This document shows, piece by piece, positions 9,217-16,370 of a stretch of 32,000 nt of DNA. The stretch covers positions 120,001 to 152,000 of the forward strand of contig NC_014729.1 in assembly GCF_000172995.2 (NCBI RefSeq), written 5' to 3'. How positions within the stretch are numbered: the stretch's first letter is position 1; each line of letters begins with the position of its first letter. Source of the DNA: Halogeometricum borinquense DSM 11551. Lineage in GTDB: Archaea; Halobacteriota; Halobacteria; Halobacteriales; Haloferacaceae. Position numbers and translations under genes: made by a program. The notes below the pieces were generated by a model. That model saw only the letters and a list, made by a program, of their open reading frames with translations. It did no database searches and was not told the origin of the DNA.

Positions 9217-9524
9217 TAGTGCCACTGCAACCGTTCGACGTAGCGATCACGATCGAGACCGTCGTTTACGGCGTTCTCGCGTTCATCATCTTCAGTACGA
9301 TGGTGAGTATCACGGTGATCTCCTATCAGGGATATCGACGGTATCAAAGCCGTGCGATGAAGTTCTTCGCTCTCGGATTCGGGTCCCTGCTACTCACGCA
9401 GGTTCTTATCCTTCCAGCGAGCCACCTTCTGGAATTCGACCCGTTCATCGAGCAGACCAGTATCCAACTGACACAGGCCATCGGCGGGTTGTGCATCCTG
9501 TACGCCATCCGACTCAATAATTGA
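9213..9524 (+). CDS. small membrane protein (3 predicted TM helices) translationally coupled to the wHTH regulator
   Basis: 103-aa ORF whose ATG overlaps the regulator stop (ATGA at 9213-9216). Hydrophobic segments: VVYGVLAFIIFSTMVSITVI, FFALGFGSLLLTQVLIL, AIGGLCILYAI. Confidence 0.65.
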   Translation: MIVPLQPFDVAITIETVVYGVLAFIIFSTMVSITVISYQGYRRYQSRAMKFFALGFGSLLLTQVLILPASHLLEFDPFIEQTSIQLTQAIGGLCILYAIRLNN

Positions 9525-9607
9525 GTGTTGGAGACGCCACGGCTTGCTGGTCTTGCACTCGATCAGAGAGCCGAGTTCGTCACAGCGAGCGTTGCTGGCA
9601 GGGGCGA

Positions 9608-10045
9608 CTACGGAAAGTCAACAACGCCGAGTTGCCGAAGCAGCGTCAGGTTATCCGAGAGGAACCATCGCTCGGCGATCAACCCGTCTTCGATGCGGAC
9701 GAACGCCATCTGTTGGACCTCTATCTCCTTCGCTGTCGGTTCAATGCCCCAGAGGACTCCGCTGTGTGTCCCTCGGCTGGTAATATGGAGAGCGACTACG
9801 TCACCGTGAACGACACTGCGCTCGACTGTTTGCGTGATATCAGGGAACGCGGAGAGAAACGACTCGTAGGATTCTCGGATTGCCTCTAATCCTTCCTGGG
9901 ACCCGAACGGATTGTGATCAACGGCGTTCGGTGCGTACAGGTCACCAAGTACGTCGAGGCCACCGTCACCGAAGACATCCTCTGGAATCCGACGTGCAAT
10001 GCGCTCGTTCTCCCGTTCTTGAGGAGTAAGCGAGTCGGTTGTCAT
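9608..10045 (-). CDS. SnoaL-like ester cyclase / polyketide-cyclase-fold protein
   Basis: DLYAPNAVDHNP..EGLEAIRESYESFLSAFPDITQTVERSVVHGDVVALHITSRGTHSG...GIEPTAKEIEVQQMAFVRIEDGLIAERW matches the ester-cyclase (SnoaL) pattern. I chose the ATG at 10045 (MTTDSL...) rather than the longer 10123 extension, which is Arg/Cys-rich and unlike the rest of the protein. Confidence 0.8.
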   Translation of the reverse strand: MTTDSLTPQERENERIARRIPEDVFGDGGLDVLGDLYAPNAVDHNPFGSQEGLEAIRESYESFLSAFPDITQTVERSVVHGDVVALHITSRGTHSGVLWGIEPTAKEIEVQQMAFVRIEDGLIAERWFLSDNLTLLRQLGVVDFP

Positions 10046-10157
10046 CGATCTGTCCCACCGTGAGTACGGGAATCGGTCGTCGAGTGTTGTTTCATTTCGA
10101 CCACAGTGAGGAGAGAGCCGCAATGAGCGTAGGAATGACTGGGAACAAGTTGCTCTC

Positions 10158-10164
10158 TTTAAAT
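10158..10164 (+). promoter_or_regulatory. TATA box of the Bat-type regulator gene (leaderless arrangement)
   Basis: TTTAAAT is centred about 27 nt upstream of the ATG at 10188. Confidence 0.55.
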
Positions 10165-10187
10165 GTAGTTAGGAATAATCTCTGTCA

Positions 10188-10823
10188 ATGCCGCACCTAA
10201 AGATCAAGCTAAACGGAGAGAAAATCGGGGGATGGCTCGCAGAACTCTCAACGGAATTTCCTGCTGATGTGTTCCGACTGCTGGCGACGCAACTCCGTGA
10301 CCAAGGAGCGCTTGTCACGCTCGAAGTTCGGACACCCGATGGTGGCGACGTAATCCAAGAGTTCGAAACAACACCCGAGGTCGGTAACGTAGAAGTCCTT
10401 CACGCGGATTCACAGGTCGTACTTCTCCAATTTCTCACCAAGCATTCGAGAGCCTACGACCCGCTGTATGAATCCGGTTGTATCTCGATTTATCCGACAA
10501 CCCTCCAAAACGGCTGGTTTTCCGTACACGTTGTCGCCGGTCACGACAGTCTGTCGAGCTATGTGGAAGAACTTACAGCAGCGGAAATTCCGTATCAGGT
10601 ACTCTCTCTGTCCCAGTCCCACGACACCGCCACAATACTAACGAACCGACAGCGGCAGTTCATCGAGACAGCCCTCGAAGAAGGATTTTACGACGACCCC
10701 AGAGCGTGTACGCTCACCGAACTCGCAGCGACACTAGACATCCACAAGTCCGCTGCGAGTAGACTCAGACACCGTGCAGAAAGCCGTCTGATCACCCACG
10801 TCGCTACTGGTTTTGCACAATAG
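10188..10823 (+). CDS. bacterio-opsin-activator-type (HTH_10) transcriptional regulator
   Basis: The C-terminal sequence LTNRQRQFIETALEEGFYDDPRACTLTELAATLDIHKSAASRLRHRAESRLI is the haloarchaeal HTH_10 DNA-binding domain. The gene has visibly lower GC than core genes (29 of 60 G+C in the line starting at 10201). Confidence 0.85.
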   Translation: MPHLKIKLNGEKIGGWLAELSTEFPADVFRLLATQLRDQGALVTLEVRTPDGGDVIQEFETTPEVGNVEVLHADSQVVLLQFLTKHSRAYDPLYESGCISIYPTTLQNGWFSVHVVAGHDSLSSYVEELTAAEIPYQVLSLSQSHDTATILTNRQRQFIETALEEGFYDDPRACTLTELAATLDIHKSAASRLRHRAESRLITHVATGFAQ

Positions 10824-11179
10824 GTAACCGGTGTCGGTAGTCGCGGATAGATTACGAATGTAGCCGAACCACGCCGCTACCGAGTCTCAGCGAACGCCGG
10901 AGTGAGCCAGGGTTAGTCGGTGGATAGAGCCATCGCTCAGCATGAACAATATGAGCGATGAGGCAAGCAGATCTGCCATCGCAACAACGGCTCTGGATTA
11001 TCCTTGGATTCATTGATAGAGGGCGATCTAGTCCAAGTACACTTTGCGAGGTTCTCTCCTCGTAATGTTTCTCCTCACGTCTGTGATGCTGGTTCACGAG
11101 GTACGGCAGACCGAATCAGCCTGAATAGGCCCTCTCCGAACGTCGAAGAAACCTTACTGATAGTCGCCCTTGAGTAGGT

Positions 11180-11425
11180 ATGGGGAAATGGTTTCGGCTA
11201 TACACTAAAATACACACCTACCAATATGCGGTTCTCGGAATCGTTGGCATCGTAGCAACAATCATCTTCGCCAGTCCGGGAACCGACTTCATTCACGTCG
11301 GCCGACAGCGGTTGGACGTATTCTACATTTCCCTCGCTTTGTTCGGAGCGCTATTCGTCCTGTCAGTGACCGATGAGTACAGTCCAGAAGACTACGGACT
11401 CTATTCGTCGAAATCTGAAAAGTAG
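11180..11425 (+). CDS. orphan small membrane protein (2 TM), AT-rich codon usage
   Basis: 81-aa ORF with an ATG start. Hydrophobic segments are YAVLGIVGIVATIIFA and VFYISLALFGALFVLSV, and the tail is acidic. I recognise no family and see no clear TATA box. Confidence 0.4.
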   Translation: MGKWFRLYTKIHTYQYAVLGIVGIVATIIFASPGTDFIHVGRQRLDVFYISLALFGALFVLSVTDEYSPEDYGLYSSKSEK

Positions 11426-11590
11426 GGCTCCGATACTAACCAATACGTGATGCCTCCGCCCTATGAATCTGGCAGTTAGTTCTGTGAAATTCTGACCACC
11501 ATTCTGTATAGCATTATAAGATATACAACTGAGTTCATCCATCCATGGGTCAAAATGCGCATTCTTGGTTTAGAGTCGCTATTGACCTCC

Positions 11591-11612
11591 TCCCGCGCCT
11601 AAAGACGCGGGA
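11591..11612 (+). repeat. stem-loop 1 of a twin-hairpin pair (7-bp perfect stem TCCCGCG/CGCGGGA, loop CCTAAAGA)
   Basis: Read directly from the sequence: 11591-11597 pairs with 11606-11612. TTGACC lies 5' at 11582-11587. Confidence 0.7.
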
Positions 11613-11737
11613 ATCCCACCACGGGATTTCAGGCCGGTCGTGGCCCTATGGTCCGTCAGCGTCCTAATACCACCGAGAGAATGGTGGGAAATCCAGACGT
11701 GGCGTTGTCGGTGGGTGTGTAGGCTATTGTCCGCTTG

Positions 11738-11759
11738 ACCCCCGCCTAAAGACGGGGGT
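11738..11759 (+). repeat. stem-loop 2 of the twin-hairpin pair (7-bp perfect stem ACCCCCG/CGGGGGT, identical loop CCTAAAGA)
   Basis: Read directly from the sequence: 11738-11744 pairs with 11753-11759. TTGACC lies at 11735-11740. It has the same orientation as stem-loop 1 and starts 147 bp downstream of it. Confidence 0.7.
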
Positions 11760-11971
11760 ATGCGCTCGTATCTTTATCACACAAACTCGCTGCGCTCGTG
11801 GAACAGGCGTTCACTTAGCTCGACGCGCAGTACTCCTCAAAGACGAAGTAACTATCAGAAGATTCGCGTACTTCTGTAGAAGCAGTTCCAAACTCGCCAG
11901 CAGCCGACTCACCCACGATCTCGACCGGGCCTCTGATGAGTAGATGGAGAATGCGTCACCAGCAAAACACG

Positions 11972-12175
11972 TTAGCGGAAATACACACCCACAAGGAGGC
12001 AGACCGACGCCACCAGCAACAGTCCGCCACTCAAAACATCTCTAAGGATCCCAGAGACGCCAGGATCCGTCACTATTCCAAACGTACTCTCAAAAACGAT
12101 TGATTGGACCACTAAAGCCAATCCTCCAATCACCCTCAACAACCGTGCTCTGCTACCGTCTTGAATAGTGTTCAT
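11972..12175 (-). CDS. orphan small membrane protein (2 TM)
   Basis: 67-aa ORF with hydrophobic segments LLRVIGGLALVVQSIVF and GGLLLVASVCLLVGVYF. A strong TATA-like element sits at leaderless distance (next feature). Confidence 0.45.
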   Translation of the reverse strand: MNTIQDGSRARLLRVIGGLALVVQSIVFESTFGIVTDPGVSGILRDVLSGGLLLVASVCLLVGVYFR

Positions 12176-12197
12176 TATGTGCCAATACTCGCGGAGC

Positions 12198-12207
12198 TAT
12201 TTAAAAA
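12198..12207 (-). promoter_or_regulatory. TATA box of the 67-aa membrane ORF
   Basis: The minus strand reads TTTTTAAATA, centred about 28 nt upstream of the ATG at 12175. Confidence 0.45.
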
Positions 12208-12569
12208 GAGGAGAACACAGAATGTTGACGGGGTCCAAGCTAATTCCCAAACCGGATGACGGGCGCGTAGGCCACCATTCTCACAGAGACAGTACATCAA
12301 CGGAGTTTGAACCGTTCACGTCGTCTTGAAACCGAGAGCACACTCTCACCAGCCAGACAGACAGTTCTGGAAGCCAAAGCGGTGTTCTCGACCGTCTCAC
12401 CGATTCTGAAGTAGAATCCTGTTGAATGGACAGAAGGCATGGATAAATCAGATAATGCTATACCGAATAGAGTGCAATCCAGTTCGACGTCGAATCGGAA
12501 CATCCGTGCTGGCAAACACCACCGCAGACCAACCGTCCGACTTTTCTTCTCGAACGGAAAATCCCGAGT

Positions 12570-12887
12570 ATGGCCGATTTCGACCCGGAGAAGTTCGAGG
12601 ACAAGTACGTCCACTACTTCCCGCAACTCCAGCGGGCGTACAAGAACGCGTTCAACACGATGAACGAAGAGTACGACTCAACACTCATCCACGCCATCGA
12701 CCAGCAGATTCTGAACGAGTCCGAACCGATGTACGAGGACGGCGATTTCCACATCCAACTGCCGGAGAATCCGAGCGAACGACTGACAGGTGTCGTCGTC
12801 GAAGACGAGAAACTCGACGCCGTATTGGACCGCTACCTCGACGAACTCGTGGCCGAACACCGACGTATTTTCGGGCTAAACGGGTGA
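12570..12887 (+). CDS. conserved haloarchaeal acidic cytosolic protein of unknown function
   Basis: 105-aa ORF (MADFDPEKFEDKYVHYFPQLQRAYKNAFNTMNEEYD...) with typical acidic composition and GC-rich codon usage. I believe it belongs to a haloarchaea-wide DUF family (DUF5783-like) but cannot verify this. Confidence 0.75.
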   Translation: MADFDPEKFEDKYVHYFPQLQRAYKNAFNTMNEEYDSTLIHAIDQQILNESEPMYEDGDFHIQLPENPSERLTGVVVEDEKLDAVLDRYLDELVAEHRRIFGLNG

Positions 12888-12938
12888 GTCGTTCCCCCGA
12901 ACCAAAGGTCTAAGCACGTCCATCCCGAACCGCGAATC

Positions 12939-13298
12939 ATGAGTACGGACGCGAGCAACACCGACGACGACCTGAAAGAGCGCGTCACCAACTTCCTGCG
13001 TCGTAACTTCCCGCAAATTCAGATGCACGGTGGCTCCGCTGCCATCCAGCACCTCGACCGCGAGGAAGGCGAGGTCACCATCATGCTCGGGGGTGCCTGC
13101 TCCGGGTGCGGCATTTCGCCGATGACCATCCAAGCGATCAAGAGTCGGATGGTCAAGGAGATTCCCGAGATCGAAAAGGTAAATGCAGAGACAGGAATGG
13201 GCGGAGACGGTGGCCACGATAGTATGTCTCCCTCGTTCCCCGGAGAGTCGAGTTCCGACGATTCCGACAGCGACGAAGGCCCACAGGCCCCGTTCTAA
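12939..13298 (+). CDS. NifU-like (Nfu-type) iron-sulfur cluster assembly protein with an acidic Ser/Asp-rich tail
   Basis: RNFPQIQMHGGSAAIQHLDREEGEVTIMLGGACSGCGISPMTIQAIKSRMVKEIPEI is the NifU C-terminal domain, including its CxxC motif. Confidence 0.85.
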   Translation: MSTDASNTDDDLKERVTNFLRRNFPQIQMHGGSAAIQHLDREEGEVTIMLGGACSGCGISPMTIQAIKSRMVKEIPEIEKVNAETGMGGDGGHDSMSPSFPGESSSDDSDSDEGPQAPF

Positions 13299-13340
13299 CT
13301 GATTCGGTCTCTCCTGCAGGTGACGCAGGAACCGGAGGCT

Positions 13341-13350
13341 CTTTCATACC
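13341..13350 (+). promoter_or_regulatory. weak TATA-like element upstream of the sulfatase-fold gene
   Basis: CTTTCATACC is centred about 25 nt upstream of the ATG at 13370. This supports the ATG rather than the GTG at 13364 as the start. Confidence 0.3.
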
Positions 13351-13369
13351 GTCTCCATGAGAGGTGGGT

Positions 13370-14911
13370 ATGAGTAGCGAGTCGCCCGAGAATGTTCTCT
13401 TTGTCGTGATGGATACGGTCCGGAAGGACCGACTCACGCCGTACGGATACGACCGGCCGACCACCCCAAATCTCGAATCGTTCGCTGAGGAGGCGACGGT
13501 GTTCGAGCAAGCAGTTGCACCAGCGCCATGGACGCTTCCCGTCCATGCGTCTCTTTTCACCGGTATGTATCCCTCTCGACACGGCGCAGACCAAGAGAAT
13601 CCGTACCTTGAGGGTGCGACCACGCTGGCACAGACACTCTCTGCCGCCGGATACGACACCGCCTGTTACTCCTCAAACGCGTGGATCACGCCGTACACCC
13701 ACCTGACAGACGGGTTCACTGACCAGGACAACTTCTTCGAGGTGATGCCGGGCGACTTCCTTTCGGGACCGCTGGCGAAGATGTGGAAGACGCTGAACGA
13801 CAACGATTCGCTTCGAACGCTGGCGGACAAACTCGTCAGCATCGGCAACGTCGCGCACGAATATCTCGCAGGGAGCGACGGAGCGGACTCGAAGACGCCC
13901 GCCGTCATCGACCGGGCGATGACGTTCATCGAGGGGTCCGAACAGTCGTTCACGTTCATCAATCTCATGGACGCCCACCTCCCGTACCATCCGCCGGATC
14001 GGTTCGCACGGGAGTTCGCACCGGGCGTTGACTCGACGGAAATCTGCCAAAACTCCAAGGAGTACAACTCGGGCGCACGCGACATCGACGAGGAGGAATG
14101 GGAGGCCATCCGCGGCCTCTACGACGCCGAGATAGCACATATCGACGACCAACTCGGCCGCCTGTTCGACTGGCTGAAAGAGACCGGCCGCTGGGACGAC
14201 ACGATGGTCGTCGTCTGCGCCGACCACGGCGAACTCCACGGCGAACACGACCTGTACGGCCACGAGTTCGGCCTCTACGACCCGCTCGTGAACGTCCCCC
14301 TGATGGTGAAACACCCTGCGTTAGAGGAGGACCGACACGAGGACCAAGTCGAACTCATTGACATGTACCACACGGTTCTCGACGCACTCGATGTCGAAGG
14401 CGGCACGCCCGCCGAACCCGACGACGACGCCGTCGCACTCGACCGAACGCGGTCGCTTCTCTCTGCGTCCTACCGAGAGTTCTCGAAGGCGTCGAACGAC
14501 GACTCCGGACAGATTCGAGACGGCGAGTACGCCTTCATAGAGTACTCTCGCCCTGTAGTGGAACTGAAACAGTTAGAGGAGAAAGCATCGAGTGCAGGCA
14601 TCACGCTTTCGGAAGATTCACGCTTTTACTCGCGGATGCGTGCCGCCCGACGGCCCGAATCGAAATACGTCCGCATCGACCGCATCCCCGACGAAGCCTA
14701 CCGTTTAGACGAGGATCCCGACGAGACGGAAGACCTCTCAGAGGCGGGCGACGACGTCATCGAAGCAACCGAATCCGCGCTCTCGAAGTTCGAGTCGAAC
14801 ATCGGCGGCGCGTGGACGGACGCCCTCGACGACGACGTGTCAGACGACTCCGTCGAGCAGATGGACGAAGAAGCGCAGGAACGACTCCGCGACCTCGGCT
14901 ATCTCGAATAG
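13370..14911 (+). CDS. sulfatase-fold (alkaline-phosphatase superfamily) hydrolase/transferase, cytosolic, non-canonical active-site motif
   Basis: NVLFVVMDTVRKDRL (metal-binding Asp), TPNLESFA, LFTGMYPSRHG and MVVVCADHGELHGEH are sulfatase-family motifs. There is no signal peptide. The nucleophile motif reads T-L-P-V-H instead of C/S-x-P-x-R. Confidence 0.88.
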   Translation: MSSESPENVLFVVMDTVRKDRLTPYGYDRPTTPNLESFAEEATVFEQAVAPAPWTLPVHASLFTGMYPSRHGADQENPYLEGATTLAQTLSAAGYDTACYSSNAWITPYTHLTDGFTDQDNFFEVMPGDFLSGPLAKMWKTLNDNDSLRTLADKLVSIGNVAHEYLAGSDGADSKTPAVIDRAMTFIEGSEQSFTFINLMDAHLPYHPPDRFAREFAPGVDSTEICQNSKEYNSGARDIDEEEWEAIRGLYDAEIAHIDDQLGRLFDWLKETGRWDDTMVVVCADHGELHGEHDLYGHEFGLYDPLVNVPLMVKHPALEEDRHEDQVELIDMYHTVLDALDVEGGTPAEPDDDAVALDRTRSLLSASYREFSKASNDDSGQIRDGEYAFIEYSRPVVELKQLEEKASSAGITLSEDSRFYSRMRAARRPESKYVRIDRIPDEAYRLDEDPDETEDLSEAGDDVIEATESALSKFESNIGGAWTDALDDDVSDDSVEQMDEEAQERLRDLGYLE

Positions 14912-14929
14912 CTGACTTCAGCCTATCCA

Positions 14930-15829
14930 TCACTCGCGGACGCCGCGGCCTGCTTCCCACGTCCGAAGTAAGTCAGCGAGCGTCCGGTTCGTCGGCACCG
15001 ACAACCGGTGTGCATCGGCGCGTGCAACCACGACGCCATGGATAGCTTCGACCTCGGTTCGGCGCTCGTCATCGACGTCTTGGAGCATCGACGACCGGTT
15101 CGCGCTCGTCGCTTCGACTACCTCATCAAGCGCCCGTTCGGCGCGGCGATTCGAGAGCGAGACACCTTCGGCACGAGCGACGCGGGCCGTTTCGCGGGCG
15201 GCACGGTGGGCGAGTTGGTGACCCGGACCGTCTGCAAGCGCGCCGTTCTCGACGCGAGCGAGGGCGGTGACGGCGTTTATTCCGGCGTTGACCGCGAGTT
15301 TCTCCCAGAGTCGTCGCGGCATATCGCTGGCGACGAGCGTCTCGATGCCCGCGTCGCGGAACGCCTTCCCCACACGTTCAGCGCGCCGGTCGGTGCCGCC
15401 GTCTCGTGCGCCGAGAACGACCCTGCCGATACCGGTGCATTCGACGTGGCCGGGTTCGCGGAGGCGTGCGCCGTACGTTGCGGTTCCGGCGAGAACGGGT
15501 GCATCGAGTCGTGCCGCGAGTTCGTCCTCAGTAAGCCCGTTCTGGAGCGAGAGTACCGCGTCGAACGCGCCCGTACTGAGCGCGGCCGCGGCCGTGGGCG
15601 TATCGAACGATTTCACCGTGACGACGGCGAGGTCCGCACGGTGGCCGTCGGACTCGGTGGTCGCATCGGGCGCCGTCTGCGCTTCGATAGCGCCGGAGAC
15701 CGTGACGCCGCGTTCGCGGACGTGGGAGACGTGCGGATCGCGGCCGACGAGCGTCACGTCGTGAACCCGCGCGAGGAGTGCGCCAACGAGGGTTCCCAAA
15801 CTCCCGGCACCGAAGACGAGTACGTCCAT
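14930..15829 (-). CDS. panE: 2-dehydropantoate 2-reductase (ketopantoate reductase, ApbA/PanE family)
   Basis: MDVLVFGAGSLGTLVGALLA is the Rossmann GxGxxG motif. Also present are VTVKSFDT, LQNG, the pattern LWEKLAVNAGINAVTAL, and SSMLQDV..RRTEVEAI. I chose the ATG at 15829; the longer ORF reaching 15970 overlaps the neighbouring gene and adds non-homologous sequence. Confidence 0.88.
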   Translation of the reverse strand: MDVLVFGAGSLGTLVGALLARVHDVTLVGRDPHVSHVRERGVTVSGAIEAQTAPDATTESDGHRADLAVVTVKSFDTPTAAAALSTGAFDAVLSLQNGLTEDELAARLDAPVLAGTATYGARLREPGHVECTGIGRVVLGARDGGTDRRAERVGKAFRDAGIETLVASDMPRRLWEKLAVNAGINAVTALARVENGALADGPGHQLAHRAARETARVARAEGVSLSNRRAERALDEVVEATSANRSSMLQDVDDERRTEVEAIHGVVVARADAHRLSVPTNRTLADLLRTWEAGRGVRE

Positions 15830-15924
15830 GCGAAGCGATAGATGCGGGGCGAAAAAAGCGGTCGGGTCCGGCGGTCCGACACAGCGACAACCGGCCGTGT
15901 CACGAGCGAGGACAACCGACCGTA

Positions 15925-16215
15925 TCAGTCCTCGGTCCAGTAGTACAGTTCCTCTTTGGGTGCATTGCAACCCGGACAGGAGTCGGGAAGCTCGTCCAAC
16001 GTATCCATCTCACCGCAGTTGGCACACCGCCACATCAGTTCTGCCTCTCCGAACTCATGTCCCGCCCGTTCGTGTTCGATAGAGAGGCTGGCGATTCCCT
16101 CCCGTGTCGTCACGAAGAACCCGTCCTCATCGAAACCACGAACGGTTCCGAGTTCGTCGCCGTCCTCGGTGTACACAGTCGTACCGATGCTTGCGATTGA
16201 TTTCTCCCCGGACAT
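15925..16215 (-). CDS. small acidic protein with a C-terminal Cys4 zinc ribbon
   Basis: 96-aa ORF. The N-terminal half (GTTVYTEDGDELGTVRGFDEDGFFVTT) resembles PRC-barrel/DUF2171-like small domains. The C-terminus has CANCG...CPGCN. Confidence 0.8.
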   Translation of the reverse strand: MSGEKSIASIGTTVYTEDGDELGTVRGFDEDGFFVTTREGIASLSIEHERAGHEFGEAELMWRCANCGEMDTLDELPDSCPGCNAPKEELYYWTED

Positions 16216-16240
16216 GTGTCACAGTATGTCATCCGAAGCC

Positions 16241-16247
16241 ATAAATT
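16241..16247 (-). promoter_or_regulatory. TATA box of the zinc-ribbon gene
   Basis: The minus strand reads AATTTAT, centred about 29 nt upstream of the ATG at 16215. Confidence 0.5.
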
Positions 16248-16370
16248 CGATTACCGGTGTTCCGGGTCGAGACAAAGACAGGAACATCGAACTGAGCAGA
16301 TATCTGAGTGGAACCGCACCGAAGACGGCGACACGATGGCGACACTCGGTACGGCCTGCGTTCGCGGACG

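Noticed and set aside
10852-11097. 81-aa minus-strand ORF (MNQHHRREEKHYEERTSQ...)
   Set aside because: It is rich in Arg/His/Cys with no hydrophobic core or acidic bias, unlike every credible protein in the window, and it has no promoter-like element. I treat the DNA as non-coding.
11447-11495. Possible box C/D sRNA (GTGATGC ... CTGA) in the AT-rich island
   Set aside because: The candidate D' and C' boxes are degenerate, the guide spacings are wrong (about 9 nt and about 2 nt instead of about 12 nt), and there is no terminal stem flanking the C and D boxes.
11545-11667. 41-aa ORF (MGQNAHSWFRVAIDLLPRLKTRESHHGISGRSWPYGPSAS) running through hairpin 1
   Set aside because: I did not annotate it as a gene. 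Its sequence is dictated by the palindromic DNA (PRLKTRE comes from the stem-loop). It might be the relic of a transposon-gene 3' end, but I cannot support that without a search, so it is mentioned only within the twin-hairpin and island findings.
14930-15970. Long N-terminal extensions offered by the ORF track (panE to 15970, ester cyclase to 10123, PPC gene to 20407, 81-aa version of 20569-20814, secreted protein to 28431, hemC from 1879)
   Set aside because: The extensions are Arg/Cys-rich or overlap neighbouring genes, and they precede the point where homologues or signal peptides start. Internal ATG/GTG starts have better TATA or SD context.
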